A program made the position numbers and the translations under genes. Positions 47,934-58,973 of a stretch of DNA of 64,000 nt are shown here, piece by piece (the first letter of the stretch is position 1; each line of letters starts with the position of its first letter). A model generated the notes under the pieces. The model saw nothing but the letters and a program-made list of their open reading frames with translations. It had not been told where the DNA came from and did no database searches. Source of the DNA: Thermodesulfobacteriota bacterium (GTDB lineage: Bacteria; Desulfobacterota; Desulfarculia; JACQYL01). The stretch lies in NCBI GenBank assembly GCA_963675595.2, contig CAXXLZ010000002.1:1248001-1312000 (forward strand), in the 5' to 3' direction.

Positions 47934-50005
47934 ATGAGATCAATCACCATCGCGCGAACGTCGACGTCGCCTTGGATTGTGGCGTTTTCAGTGCTCGTTC
48001 TTTTGGGGGCCCTGTTGGCCCAAAACGCCCAAGGGCTGGAATCGGCCGACACTTCCCACCGATCCGACGGGGAGGTCACGAGCAGACTGATCACCGGCGT
48101 CGGGAGCTACCCCGGGAACTCCGGAGTCATTCATCTGTTCAGTAAGGACCACGAATTTGAAGCCCGGGTCAGAGTGGCTTGGCCGGATTACAACGAAGCC
48201 GACGGGGAGTCCCGGGTCGCAGTCGGCGACATCGACGGCGACGGCAAAGACGAAGTCATTATCGGGCTGGGATCCGCGGCCGTGGATCGGCCCGTCCCCG
48301 GAGGGATATTTCAGATTCTGGACGACGATTTTTCGCACCTTGCCTGGGGCAAGATCAACTGGCCCGACTACAATGCCATCAACGGTGAAACCTGGCCTTC
48401 AGCCGCGGACATCGACGGCGACGGCAAAGCGGAGATCATCGTTGGTCTCGGCATCGGCGGTGAAGGTCGCGTGGAGCTCTTCGACTTTGAGGACGGGGCG
48501 ATCGTTCACAAGGCCTGGTTGAGCATCGAATGGGACGATTACAACGAGGTTTCCGGAGAAACCCGTGTGGCGGGCGGCGATCTTGACGGGGACGGCAAAG
48601 CCGAGATCGTGGTGGGATTCGGCCCCGTGGCCATGGAATCCGCCACCCCCGGCGGCATCTTTCAGGTTATGGGCAGCGATCTTCGTCCTCTCTCTTTCGG
48701 CAGAATTGAATGGGTGGACTACAATACGGTGAACGGCGAAAGCCGACCCGCGGTGGGGGACCTGGATGGAGACGGAAAAGCCGAAATCGTTATCGGACTG
48801 GGTCCGGGAGGCGCCGGCCGCTTCCAGGTGTTCAGCTATACCGGCGGGAAGCCGGTGCCCCGCGACTGGCTTGTCTTCAACTGGCCGGAATACAACGATG
48901 CATACGGCGAGACGCGCCCGGCTTTAGGTGATGTGGATTCCGACGGAAAAGCCGAACTATTTGTCGGTCTGGGGCGCGGAGGAGACGGATGGTTGGAGCT
49001 GTTCGACGACTCGGATAACCGTACGCGTCCCTCTCGAGCCTCCAACTCATGGATACGGACTATAACGCCGCCAACGGCGAAACCTGGCCTGCGGTTGCGG
49101 CACGCACGGCTACGTATGTCGCCCCTTCACAGGAAGTCTATCCGCGCTTTGCGGAGGGGGGAGAATCCGATGCAAACGTCTCTGCAAAAAGCCGCGGAGA
49201 TTCATCGGAAACGCATGCAGGAAGGCAAAGTCCCGTTGCCCAGACTCCGGTTAAGCAGCTGACCGGAAGCCAAACCGCCGGCTCCGGGACAACCGAGACC
49301 TCACCAACCATGTCCGCCGATTTGGTGCAACCCATGAAGACGGTGTCCACCCAGCAGGTGGAACTGGCATGGGATCTGGTCGACGGCGCCACCCAGTACC
49401 GGGTTGAAGTAAACACTAGCGATGACTGGAGCGAAGCAACCCGTGTCGTGTATGTAAGCGACCTCGGGATCATCTCCTCCTACGAGCCGGTGGGGCTTCA
49501 AGCGGGTGTGATCTACTACTGGCGTGTTTGGAGCGGCAACGGTACCGAATGGAGTGACCCGGCCGTGGGTCCCAGTTTCAGTATCACACAAACCGTCTCT
49601 TACACCATTACCGCATCTGCGGGAGCCAACGGCTCCATTTCGCCCTCTTCATCGGTTTCCGTTCCCCAGGGCGGGAGTCAGCAGTTCACGATTACGCCCG
49701 ATCCCGGATACGATATCCAGGATATATTGATCAACGGTTCTTCCATGGGACCGAAGTCGAGCTACACGTTCAGCAATGTTGCCTCCGACCAAACGATCGA
49801 AGCGGTGTTCGCTTTCGTCACACCCGTGTATGATCTTAACAGCGACGGAAGCATCGACATCTCCGACATCATGATCGTCGCATCCAACTGGAACAAATCC
49901 TCTTCGGACGAGGATTACAATCCCATGGCCGATATCAACAAGGACGGACGCGTGGACATTGTGGACATCATGATGATCGGCGCGCGTTGGCAACAAGGTG
50001 GATAA
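47934..50005 (+). pseudogene. Secreted FG-GAP/VCBS-repeat protein with Fn3-like, InlB-B/Ig-like and dockerin-like domains, frameshifted near 49020
   Basis: Five W.[DE]YN...GE....GD.D.DGK.E repeats in ORF 47934-49262. The repeat motif continues (DYNAANGETWP) in the other frame from about 49022 and ends with DLNSDGSIDISD...DINKDGRVDIVD. RBS AGGAGG. Confidence 0.75.
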
Positions 50006-50040
50006 ACAACCGAAAGCGGTTATGCTCTCCCGATAACGTT

Positions 50041-50075
50041 CGAGGCGCGCCCCATAGGGACGCGCCTCGTTTCTT
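50041..50075 (+). terminator. Intrinsic terminator between convergent genes
   Basis: CGAGGCGCG-CCCATAGGGA-CGCGCCTCG followed by TTTCTT. Confidence 0.6.
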
Positions 50076-50097
50076 GAAGGACTGCGAGCATCGGAAA

Positions 50098-51399
50098 TCA
50101 GGATGAAACGTTCTTGTTCGCCAACAGGCTTTCGTAAGACCTCACTCTTTTCGCCTGTGAATACAGCAGGCTCTCTCCCTCGTCCTCATAGTTTCCACGA
50201 ATCTCGAGGATTTCATCTTCGATATCGAAAAAGGCGTCCACCACGGCCGGCTTGAAATGATTTCCTCGGCCCTCACGGATGATCCCGAAGGACTTTTCCA
50301 CGGAAAACGGCTCCTTGTAGGGACGCTTGGAGGTTAATGCGTCAAACACGTCCGCAATGGCGGTAATTTGCCCCACCAGAGGAATATCGGACCCCTTAAG
50401 TCCTTTCGGGTAGCCGGAACCATCCCATTTCTCGTGGTGAGTCACGGCGATCACCCGAGCCAGGCGCATATACTGCGCGTCGCAACCCTCCAGAATCCGG
50501 GCGCCGATGACCGTATGCTCCTTCATGATCTCCCACTCGTCGGGATCCAGCTTGCCGGGTTTGAGCAGGATGTAGTCCGGAGTCCCGATCTTGCCGATGT
50601 CGTGCATGGGAGAAGCGTACAGAATGTTCTCCACGGTCGTTTCGTTCAGTCCCAGCTTTCGGGCCACCGCAGCGGAATAAAGACTCATGCGCTGGATGTG
50701 CGTCCCCGTGTCCTCATCCCTGAATTCCGCCGCCCTGGAGAGGACATAAATCGTCTCCAGGGAGGCTCTCTTGACCGCGTCGAAAGCCCATCGCAATTGC
50801 TCGGTTCTCCTGGCGACCTCCGCCTCCAGTTTCTTTTGGTAATTGCGCATATAGTCGTTATAGGCCTTCACTTTGAGCAATGAGCGCACTCGCGCCCGCA
50901 ACTCCGTCTTGTCTACGGGCTTGCTCAGGAAATCATCCGCTCCCGATTCCAGCGCCTTTACGCGATCTTCCACTTCCTTGAGGGCGGTCACCATGACGAT
51001 GGGTATGATGGAAGTGTCGGGATCCTCCCGCAGCTTCCTAGCCGTCTCGAAGCCGTCCATACGAGGCATCATGACATCAAGCAACACGATATCGGGCCGC
51101 TGTTCCTTGACTTTGTTCAAGGCCTCCAACCCGTCTGCGGCCAGAAGAACCCGATAACCCATGGGAAGCAGAAGGGCTTCCATCAGCCTGAGGTTTCGAC
51201 TATCGTCGTCCACCACCAGTACGGTGGGTTTGTATTCGTTTTCCGCCGACACTTCTGCTCCTGTCTTAGGCAGCCCATTGTCGAGAGATCGCCGCCCATC
51301 CGTTTCGCCGGGAAAACCCGCCGACCGAAGCCCCCCTTCAGCGGTCTTTCGTCGGGCCTCGCCTATGGAAGAAACGGCCGACATTTCAAGGGCCGTCAT
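50098..51399 (-). CDS. Response regulator with HD-GYP c-di-GMP phosphodiesterase (RpfG-like); start uncertain
   Basis: REC domain (LLDVMMP); EFRDEDTG.H, HDIGK, HHEKWDGSGYP and ADVFDALTSKRPYK. Confidence 0.9.
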   Translation of the reverse strand: MTALEMSAVSSIGEARRKTAEGGLRSAGFPGETDGRRSLDNGLPKTGAEVSAENEYKPTVLVVDDDSRNLRLMEALLLPMGYRVLLAADGLEALNKVKEQRPDIVLLDVMMPRMDGFETARKLREDPDTSIIPIVMVTALKEVEDRVKALESGADDFLSKPVDKTELRARVRSLLKVKAYNDYMRNYQKKLEAEVARRTEQLRWAFDAVKRASLETIYVLSRAAEFRDEDTGTHIQRMSLYSAAVARKLGLNETTVENILYASPMHDIGKIGTPDYILLKPGKLDPDEWEIMKEHTVIGARILEGCDAQYMRLARVIAVTHHEKWDGSGYPKGLKGSDIPLVGQITAIADVFDALTSKRPYKEPFSVEKSFGIIREGRGNHFKPAVVDAFFDIEDEILEIRGNYEDEGESLLYSQAKRVRSYESLLANKNVSS

Positions 51400-51482
51400 G
51401 GCATAGCGGCCCGCACCTAACCTACAGGGTATTGCCCGATCTTCCAGGATGCGCTCGTTCGAAATCCCGATATTCCGAAGGG

Positions 51483-51854
51483 TCAAACCAGAATTTCGGC
51501 GATGCTTTTCATCAGTACCCGAGTGTCAATGGGTTTGCTGATGTATCCGGTGCATCCGGCCGCCAGTACCCGCTCCCTCTCTTCGTCCTCGGAAAATCCC
51601 GAAAGGACGAGAATCGGAATCTCTCTCGTGGCTTCATCCTGTTTGAGAAGCCCGATGGCCTGAATGCCGTTCAGCTCCGGGAGTTGGATATCCATAAGGA
51701 TCAAATCCGGGATCTCCGCCTTGGCGGTGTCCACTCCCTCCCGGCCGGTTACCGCCTCCACGGTGGCGTACTCATACGCCTGAAGCAGATCCCTCAGAAG
51801 CGTGCGGTTCATCCGCTCATCATCCACAATAAGAATCAGTTTCCGAGCTCTCAT
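51483..51854 (-). CDS. Single-domain response regulator (DivK-like)
   Basis: LIVDD, LILMDIQLP and AGC.GYISKPID. Confidence 0.85.
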   Translation of the reverse strand: MRARKLILIVDDERMNRTLLRDLLQAYEYATVEAVTGREGVDTAKAEIPDLILMDIQLPELNGIQAIGLLKQDEATREIPILVLSGFSEDEERERVLAAGCTGYISKPIDTRVLMKSIAEILV

Positions 51855-53524
51855 TGCGAGACCTCCCTTGAATCGGAACCGGACCCACGACGCCCGGAAT
51901 CGAGTGGAGCGTCCTCGACCTGCGCTCCGGGACGTCTGAGCGGAACGAAAAAGGCAAAACGGCAACCTTTTCCACGCCCCTCGCTCTCCACCCGGATTTC
52001 TCCAGAGTGCATTTCCACCAGCCTTTTTGCGGTGGACAATCCCAGCCCCGCACCGGGAGACTTGTCAACGATTCCGCTTTTCACCTGAAAAAAATCCTCG
52101 AACACCTTTTCGTGATACTCCTGATCCAATCCGATACCGTTGTCTTCAACCGATATTTCCAACATCGGCCCATTCTCTCCGGGCGCTTCCCGTGAGGGAT
52201 CTTCTGATCCCAGTTTTGCTCCGACGCGTATCATTCCCCCGTCCGGGGTAAACTTTACCGCATTGGAAAGCAAGTGATACATCACCTGTTTCAGTTTGCG
52301 GGCATCGGCCGGGAAACTCATTTCCCGCAAGTACTCCGGAATGAAGACCTCAACGCCGATGGCATGCTTCACGGACTTCTGCTTGATCAGCTGGAGCGTT
52401 CCCTCGATCAAATCCACCACATTGACGGGTCCTATGATCAGCTCGGCTTTTCCCGCCTCAATCCTGGAAAGGTCCAAGATATCATTAATGACCGATAGTA
52501 AGTGCTTTCCCGACTCAAGGATATCCTCAACATACTCCTGTTGTTTCTCGTTGAGCGGTCCGAAATACTGGTCGCGAAGCACCTCCGAAAATCCGATAAT
52601 CGCGTTCAACGGGGTCCTCAGCTCGTGAGACATGCCGGAAATCAGTTCGGACCTGGCCTTATTGGCTCCCTCGGCCATCTTCTTGGCCTCTTTGAGTCTT
52701 GCCTCCATGCGTGTACGCTGAATCACCAGAGACAGCAGACCCGAAAGTCGCTGCAACACCCCTTTGCTCCATTCGGAGTATCCGCCTTCCGCATTGGCCA
52801 CGGCGATCAGTCCGACCAAAGTGTCACCGAATACGGCGGGAACCGAAAGAAGGTTACGAATCGGTACGTGGCCGGGAGGAGTCCCTTTGGAACGAGGATC
52901 TTCTTCGGGTTTGTTCGACAGCAATGGGGCCTTGTTTTTGAGTACCCAACCCAGTAGTCCGGACATCCCGGAGAAACGAACTTCCTTCCGGTGAATTCGG
53001 CACTCTTCCAGCACGTCTTCCGACCAAACAGGGCAGAGCAAGTCGCCGGTGCCCTCTTCCACATACCCCACAACACCGTGCCTGCTTCCTGTCAGAGATC
53101 GTGCCATATCGAGGACCAGCAAGGCCACTTCCTCCATGGACCTCGCGGCCAGCAACGCGCCGGACAGCTCCGCGATGGCGGCATCCACGCGGGACTGCCT
53201 CTCCATCTCCCTTAGGATATCCTTCTGATCCGTGATCTCTCTCAGAAGAACCAGACCGGACTCAACGCCGTCCGCACCCAGAGGGACCAAGCGAACCTCA
53301 ACGACCTTGCGACCGCCTTCTCCATCCGGCAACTCGAGTTCGGTCGATTCGGATTGGATGGAGTGGTCACTCAGAGAAGTTCCTTCGAGTTCATCTCGGC
53401 GCTTCCCCAGAATCCTTTCGGCCTCACGATTGGCGAAATGGACCTTGCCTTGATCCAACAGGAGGACGCCGTTGAGACTCGCTTCAACGACCTGCATACA
53501 CTTGATGTCCACAAGTTTGCTCAT
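51851..53524 (-). CDS. PAS-GAF sensor histidine kinase
   Basis: MSHELRTPLNAIIGFS, LLSNAVKFT, DNGIG and GAGLGL. Confidence 0.9.
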   Translation of the reverse strand: MSKLVDIKCMQVVEASLNGVLLLDQGKVHFANREAERILGKRRDELEGTSLSDHSIQSESTELELPDGEGGRKVVEVRLVPLGADGVESGLVLLREITDQKDILREMERQSRVDAAIAELSGALLAARSMEEVALLVLDMARSLTGSRHGVVGYVEEGTGDLLCPVWSEDVLEECRIHRKEVRFSGMSGLLGWVLKNKAPLLSNKPEEDPRSKGTPPGHVPIRNLLSVPAVFGDTLVGLIAVANAEGGYSEWSKGVLQRLSGLLSLVIQRTRMEARLKEAKKMAEGANKARSELISGMSHELRTPLNAIIGFSEVLRDQYFGPLNEKQQEYVEDILESGKHLLSVINDILDLSRIEAGKAELIIGPVNVVDLIEGTLQLIKQKSVKHAIGVEVFIPEYLREMSFPADARKLKQVMYHLLSNAVKFTPDGGMIRVGAKLGSEDPSREAPGENGPMLEISVEDNGIGLDQEYHEKVFEDFFQVKSGIVDKSPGAGLGLSTAKRLVEMHSGEIRVESEGRGKGCRFAFFVPLRRPGAQVEDAPLDSGRRGSGSDSREVSQ

Positions 53525-53670
53525 GCACCCGCCGTGGCGACACACCTGAAATCCCTCGGAGCGTTCGATCGGACTCTCGATCGTCCGTCTTACCTTCAGG
53601 ATGTTGAATCGTTCCCCGGGATCGAGTCCGGATTAGCGTCGGAAAGCTATGAATGCCTAGCCGAAGGAGC

Positions 53671-54063
53671 CTATGGCAGACCCAACCGCCCAAGAGCTTT
53701 TTTGAGTTCCCGCACGTCAATGGGTTTCACGAGGTAGTCCTCGCACTGCTCCGTGAAGGCTCCCACGATTTCGCTCGGATCGTCCACCGCACTGGTCATG
53801 ATGATCTTGACCCCTTGCAGGCCGAAAATTCCGTTTTTCGCCTCCAACTCCCTGATCTGCTTCAGAACCGCACGGCCGTCAAGCTCAGGCATCAGGATGT
53901 CCAGACAAACCAGATCATAGGGGTCGGACTCCCGGAGAGACAGGCGAAAGGCGTCAATCGCTTCTTTGCCGTTCACGGCCACCTCGCAGTTCCCGTACTC
54001 GGACAGCACCCGCGTCAACAGCCTCCGATCAAGAAAATTGTCTTCTACAATCAGCACCTTCAT
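53671..54063 (-). CDS. CheY-like response regulator
   Basis: LIVEDN, LVCLDILMP and YLVKPI. Confidence 0.85.
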   Translation of the reverse strand: MKVLIVEDNFLDRRLLTRVLSEYGNCEVAVNGKEAIDAFRLSLRESDPYDLVCLDILMPELDGRAVLKQIRELEAKNGIFGLQGVKIIMTSAVDDPSEIVGAFTEQCEDYLVKPIDVRELKKALGRLGLP

Positions 54064-54123
54064 CGATCTATCTCCTCATCACGGCCGAAATCCGCCTCAA
54101 GCACGACGATCTGGTCAAAGCGA

Positions 54124-56199
54124 TTACCGATTGTCATCGGATCGATAAAGCTCGTCAAGGGCGTCGAATAGGCGTTCGCGAACCTTTTCGAACTCCTTCA
54201 TAAGCTGCATGGCCTCCTGCGAGCGGTTCTGTTCGTTTAACGACACGATCTTCTTGGCCAGATCATGGACGGCCTGATGGTGCACGCCCACTTCTTCGAA
54301 TGCGGGCTCCGAAGTCAACTTCTGTCCGTCGGGGCCGAAATACCATTTTCCGAAAGCACAGGATCGGTGGGAGGTCACCTCCTCAGGCCTCAAGGCCTGT
54401 TCTCCTCGAAGCACGGCCTCCAGCTTGGAACGCCATGCCAAGTGAGCGGTTTTCACCGCGCCGATGTCGAATCTCACCGTGCCTATGTTGAACTCCCGCA
54501 TGCGCTCGCTGAGTTTTTCCGCCAGCTTGGAGAGATCCTTGGCGTTCACACCCGCTTGCGACGTTCTCCGCGAGATGGAGACCGTGACTCTACTGATTTC
54601 ATCGATTTCCCGGGCTATGTCGGCGGAAGCCGTCGAGCTTTCGGACACTCGCTCGGTAACATCTTGGATTCCTTGAGCCGCCACCGAGATGTTGCCCGCA
54701 ATGTCTCGGGTCACCACGGACTGTTCTTCCACCGCCGCCGCAATGGCCGAGATCATTTCGTCCATTTCCCCGATCACGGTGGATATCTCGGTAATTTCAT
54801 GCACAGCGCTTTCGGTCGTTCTTTGAATTTCCAGAATTTCCCCCCGGATCTCCTCGGTGGCCCCCACGGTCTGTTTGGCCAGTTCCTTGATTTCATTGGC
54901 CACCACTGCGAAGCCCTTACCCGCCTCACCGGCCCGGGCGGCTTCTATTGTGGCATTGAGAGCCAACAGCTTGGTCTGGTCCGAAATGGCGCTGATGGTT
55001 TCCGTAACCTTGTCGATCTCCGCCGCGGCTCGCCCCAACTCGTCCACACGATCGGATACCGTCTTGGAACGTGCCACAGCGTTGGACGTGACTTCCCGTG
55101 CCTTTTCCGTGTTTTGGGCGATCTCCGTAACCGTGGCCGTCATTTGTTCCGTGGCCGAGGCCACCATGGACGCATTGGTCGAAGTCTGCTCCACACTCGA
55201 GGACACGGCGGACATGTTCCGGCTGGTTTCTTTGGCCGCCGAGTCCACCATATCCGCCCGCCCGGCTGCGGTGTCCACCTCTTCCAGCATTTCTCCCGTC
55301 AAAGACGAAAGCTCGGAGGACGATCGGGAGAGGGCGTCCACCGCGGCGCCCACTTCCCGAAAGGTCTCTCGTAATCTCCCCGCCATCCGATTCAACTGTC
55401 GAATCATCACGGCAAACTCATCCTCGCTCTGAACCTCCAGCGTACGAGTCAGATCACCGTCGGAAACCGCCGCGATAAATTCGCTCGATCGTTGCAGAGG
55501 TTTCAGTACCTGAGCGCGCAGAAGCAGCCACACGGATGCCGTCACCAAGGCCAGAACGCCCAAGGCCCAGAGCGCCACCATCCATCCGGCCCGCATCACG
55601 GCCCGATCGGCGGCGCTCAAAGAACTGATGATCTCGAAAGCCCCATGTATTTCGCCGACCTTCCAGCCTTCCTTGATGCCGCCGATGGGGTCCCGCTCTC
55701 CAGCCGGCGCCCCGTGACAGATAAGACAATCCTCGGTAAGTCGGATGGGTCGGAAGTACCGTATCCGGCCGGGTTCACGAATCGTGATTTCGGAGACTTG
55801 CTTCCGCTTGAGTTCCTCCAGCACGGACGACTCGCGAGGGTCGGGCTCGTTCTTTGGGTTCCGGGGGCTCACCTTGGGAACCCGAAATTCGAACCCCAAT
55901 GTTTGGGCGTTTTCCATGGCCGACCTGATGGCCGTAATGATGGGAACCGCCTGCATTTTTTGCTCTTCCGTAAGCTCATCGAATGGACGGAACAGTCCGG
56001 CTTTCAGGTTCTTGGCCATTTCCTGCCTTATACTTTCCGACATGAGCACCACGGCCTTGCTGCGACTGATAATGGCATCTTCCGCCCCTTTCCGGATGTC
56101 GCCGATTCTTTGGAAGGACAACACAGCCGCAATGACTAAGGTCCCAAGACACGAGAAAAGAATGATCTTCCACTTAACGCTCATCTTCGAAAACCCCAT
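54124..56199 (-). CDS. Methyl-accepting chemotaxis protein with DUF3365 heme-c sensor and C-terminal CZB domain
   Basis: PRNPKNEP and CLICH; HAMP; [24 protein letters not shown]; CZB pattern H..W...CAFGKWY...H..VH. Confidence 0.9.
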   Translation of the reverse strand: MGFSKMSVKWKIILFSCLGTLVIAAVLSFQRIGDIRKGAEDAIISRSKAVVLMSESIRQEMAKNLKAGLFRPFDELTEEQKMQAVPIITAIRSAMENAQTLGFEFRVPKVSPRNPKNEPDPRESSVLEELKRKQVSEITIREPGRIRYFRPIRLTEDCLICHGAPAGERDPIGGIKEGWKVGEIHGAFEIISSLSAADRAVMRAGWMVALWALGVLALVTASVWLLLRAQVLKPLQRSSEFIAAVSDGDLTRTLEVQSEDEFAVMIRQLNRMAGRLRETFREVGAAVDALSRSSSELSSLTGEMLEEVDTAAGRADMVDSAAKETSRNMSAVSSSVEQTSTNASMVASATEQMTATVTEIAQNTEKAREVTSNAVARSKTVSDRVDELGRAAAEIDKVTETISAISDQTKLLALNATIEAARAGEAGKGFAVVANEIKELAKQTVGATEEIRGEILEIQRTTESAVHEITEISTVIGEMDEMISAIAAAVEEQSVVTRDIAGNISVAAQGIQDVTERVSESSTASADIAREIDEISRVTVSISRRTSQAGVNAKDLSKLAEKLSERMREFNIGTVRFDIGAVKTAHLAWRSKLEAVLRGEQALRPEEVTSHRSCAFGKWYFGPDGQKLTSEPAFEEVGVHHQAVHDLAKKIVSLNEQNRSQEAMQLMKEFEKVRERLFDALDELYRSDDNR

Positions 56200-56350
56200 T
56201 CATCACCTCCGTAACGCTCCAAATTGATGGATCGCAATCACCCGGGAGCGGAAAGGCCTCTAACGGGAAGAGTCCCCCGCTCGGAGGTCTCGAGTCCGAT
56301 TCTGCCGGCGTCGGGGTCGACCTTCGACTGTAGGCGGGACCGGCCGACGA

Positions 56351-57199
56351 CTAGACTTTTCGGCCTTTGAGCTGATAAAAAACCGACCTCAGATATCTCT
56401 TGGGTTCGAATCGGTCGCAGACACCCGAAAGATGCTCCGTGGAGCCGATAATCAGGTACCCGTCGGGTTCCAGTAGCGACGCAATCTTGTTGAACAGCTT
56501 GGTTCGGTCCTCAAGGGTAAAATAAATCGCCACATTGCGGCATAGGATGATGTCGAAGCGTCCCAATCCGGCCAACGATTCCAGGAGGTTGGCCTTCTTG
56601 AACATGGCCAGGGAGCGAATCTCGTCCTTGATGCGCCATCGGTCTCCCTGCTTGGTGAAGAATTTTTGGAGCTTATCCTGGGGAAGACCTCGTTGAATCT
56701 CGAACTGATTGTATGCTCCGTAGCTTGCAGAGGCGATGGCCTCATCGGAAATGTCCGTGCCCAGCAGTTTGATATTGTAACTGCGGAAATCCGGCAGCAA
56801 CTCTCGCAACACAATGGCGACACTGTAAATTTCCTGTCCCGTCGAGCAGGCCGCGCTCCATATCCGGATGGGTACGGGTAAAGATCCGCGGTTCTTCTTC
56901 CTGGCATCGATGAGGTCCGGCAATATTTTGTGCTGGAGGAGCTGGAACGGCGCTTGGTCCCTGAAAAAGAGCGTCTCTTTGGTTGTGACCGCGTCTACGA
57001 TTCTCCTTTCCAGCGATTTCGTGGCGTCGGCTCGTGCTTTGTAATAGAATTCGCTGTAAGTGGCACAGCCCAGTTCTTCGGCCAGTTTGCTCAACCGGGT
57101 TTCGATGAGATAGGCCTTGTCCTGGCTCAGAGTGATTCCGGTGATGTTCCGGATGTAGCCGGCCAGGATCTTCATCTCTTCGGGGGTTACTTTGATCAT
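56351..57199 (-). CDS. cheR: Chemotaxis methyltransferase
   Basis: T.ET.FFRD, IWSAACSTGQE.YS, GTDIS and FDII.CRNV.IYF. Confidence 0.95.
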   Translation of the reverse strand: MIKVTPEEMKILAGYIRNITGITLSQDKAYLIETRLSKLAEELGCATYSEFYYKARADATKSLERRIVDAVTTKETLFFRDQAPFQLLQHKILPDLIDARKKNRGSLPVPIRIWSAACSTGQEIYSVAIVLRELLPDFRSYNIKLLGTDISDEAIASASYGAYNQFEIQRGLPQDKLQKFFTKQGDRWRIKDEIRSLAMFKKANLLESLAGLGRFDIILCRNVAIYFTLEDRTKLFNKIASLLEPDGYLIIGSTEHLSGVCDRFEPKRYLRSVFYQLKGRKV

Positions 57200-57206
57200 T
57201 GAGCGG

Positions 57207-58331
57207 CTACCCCCTGACGGTCCGCTGGATTTCGGACGCCATCAAGTCCAGAGGAGCCACAATATCGGCGACCCCGGCGTCCACCGCTTCCTTGGGCATG
57301 CCGTAAACCACGCAGGAAGCGGCGTCCTGCGCGATGACCAACGCACCCTTTCGCTTCATCAGCTTCAGTCCCAGCACGCCGTCGGACCCCATTCCGGTCA
57401 TGATCACCCCGGTGACACGATCCTCGTACACCTGAGCCATTGACCTGAAAAGATAATCGGCGGAAGGCCTGCAGTTGTTTTCCGGAGGATCGTTGGTAAT
57501 TCGGACGATCTTCCTGCCGTCCAATCCGGCGGCGATCTTCATCTGCTTGCCCCCCGGAGCAATGTAGGCCCGGTTGGCCGTGACCTCCTGCCCGTCCTCG
57601 GCTTCCACAACTTCAAGGGCGCACTTGGCGTTCAGGCTTACGGCCAGATGTTTGGTGAACATGGGCGGCATATGTTGGACAATCAAGACGGGGACTCCCA
57701 TGTTCGCGGGAAGCGAAGGCATCATCACCGATAAGGCGTTGGGACCGCCCGTGGAAATGGCGATACCCACCGCCAGGGATTTCCTCCGCAAACCGGCCGT
57801 GAGGGAATCCATGCGCCGCACCACGGTCGCCGGTTTTTCCTGGGTGATACGTGTCTCGACTTTCCCGGGTGCGGTTGAGGTTCTCGTCTTTCCTTTGAGA
57901 ATTTTCCGAATTTCCCGTTGATGCCCAAAGGCTTTGATCTTGGGCAGCAATGAATCTTTGAGGGCGAGGCGGTTCTCCGCCATGCCGCCGCCCCCCTGAG
58001 GCTTGGGGATGAAATCAAAGGCTCCGAGTTCCAGCGCCCGAATGGTCATCTCGCTCCCCTTCTGCGTGAGCGAGCTCACCATAATGGCGCCTACGTCCAA
58101 AGCCTCCTTCTGTATCTGCTCGAGCGTCTCGAGACCGGTCATTTCCGGCATTTCCACATCGAGGGTGAGTAGATCCGGCTTCAGTGTCTTGATTCTGGAA
58201 AGGGCGATCTTCCCATTGTTCGCCGTGCCCACCACCTCGACACCGGGGATGTCGCTCAACACGTCGCTCACGATCTTCCGATAAACAACCGTATCGTCTA
58301 CAACAAGAACTCGCAGGGGTTTCCCGGTCAT
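57207..58331 (-). CDS. cheB: Chemotaxis methylesterase (REC + CheB)
   Basis: TLDVEMP, STGGP, VQHMP, RPS.D.LF, MTGMGSDG and VVYGMP. Confidence 0.95.
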   Translation of the reverse strand: MTGKPLRVLVVDDTVVYRKIVSDVLSDIPGVEVVGTANNGKIALSRIKTLKPDLLTLDVEMPEMTGLETLEQIQKEALDVGAIMVSSLTQKGSEMTIRALELGAFDFIPKPQGGGGMAENRLALKDSLLPKIKAFGHQREIRKILKGKTRTSTAPGKVETRITQEKPATVVRRMDSLTAGLRRKSLAVGIAISTGGPNALSVMMPSLPANMGVPVLIVQHMPPMFTKHLAVSLNAKCALEVVEAEDGQEVTANRAYIAPGGKQMKIAAGLDGRKIVRITNDPPENNCRPSADYLFRSMAQVYEDRVTGVIMTGMGSDGVLGLKLMKRKGALVIAQDAASCVVYGMPKEAVDAGVADIVAPLDLMASEIQRTVRG

Positions 58332-58448
58332 CCGGACTTCTCCTGGTATTGACGCCGATTTTCTCACACATGCCCGACTGGATCCGCCGCAGGTTTCCCG
58401 AGTACTCAGGGGAATCAATGGGCAGGCTTCGGCAGGGCCGAAACAGCC

Positions 58449-58898
58449 TTATTTGCAGACCTCTTCCACGCTCAGAAGCGCAATCAAATCGCGCTGAGTC
58501 TGCACCACTCCTTGAAGAAAAAGGTCCTTGACCCCCTTTACATTGGGGGGAGCCGCTTCGATCTTGCTTCTGTCCACGGACACTACATCGGCGATCCGAT
58601 CCACCAGAAGTCCGATGAATTCATCCCGAGAATCCACGATAATGTTTCGAGTCTTCTCGGTCGTCACCGTGGAGTTGAGGCCCAATTTCCTGCCCAGATC
58701 CAGGACCGTGATGATCCGTCCCCTCAAGTTCATGATACCCAGAACAAAATCAGGGGATTGGGGTACATCGGTCAGGTTCGAAAACTTGCTGATCTCCTGA
58801 ACGTTTACAATGTCGATGCCGAACAGGGCGTCTCCAATGTAAAACGTCGCCAGTTGCAGGGTCCCCTTCTTCGCTCCGGAATGCATGTCGGTATCCAT
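58449..58898 (-). CDS. cheW: Chemotaxis coupling protein
   Basis: FGIDI..VQEI, LGIMNLRG.I and GLLVD.I.DV. Confidence 0.93.
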   Translation of the reverse strand: MDTDMHSGAKKGTLQLATFYIGDALFGIDIVNVQEISKFSNLTDVPQSPDFVLGIMNLRGRIITVLDLGRKLGLNSTVTTEKTRNIIVDSRDEFIGLLVDRIADVVSVDRSKIEAAPPNVKGVKDLFLQGVVQTQRDLIALLSVEEVCK

Positions 58899-58973
58899 AA
58901 ATCGCCCCCGCCTCGACGGAAGACGAATTCGGGGGCGATCCGCAACGCCCCCGAATCCTTTTCCTTATTTTCA

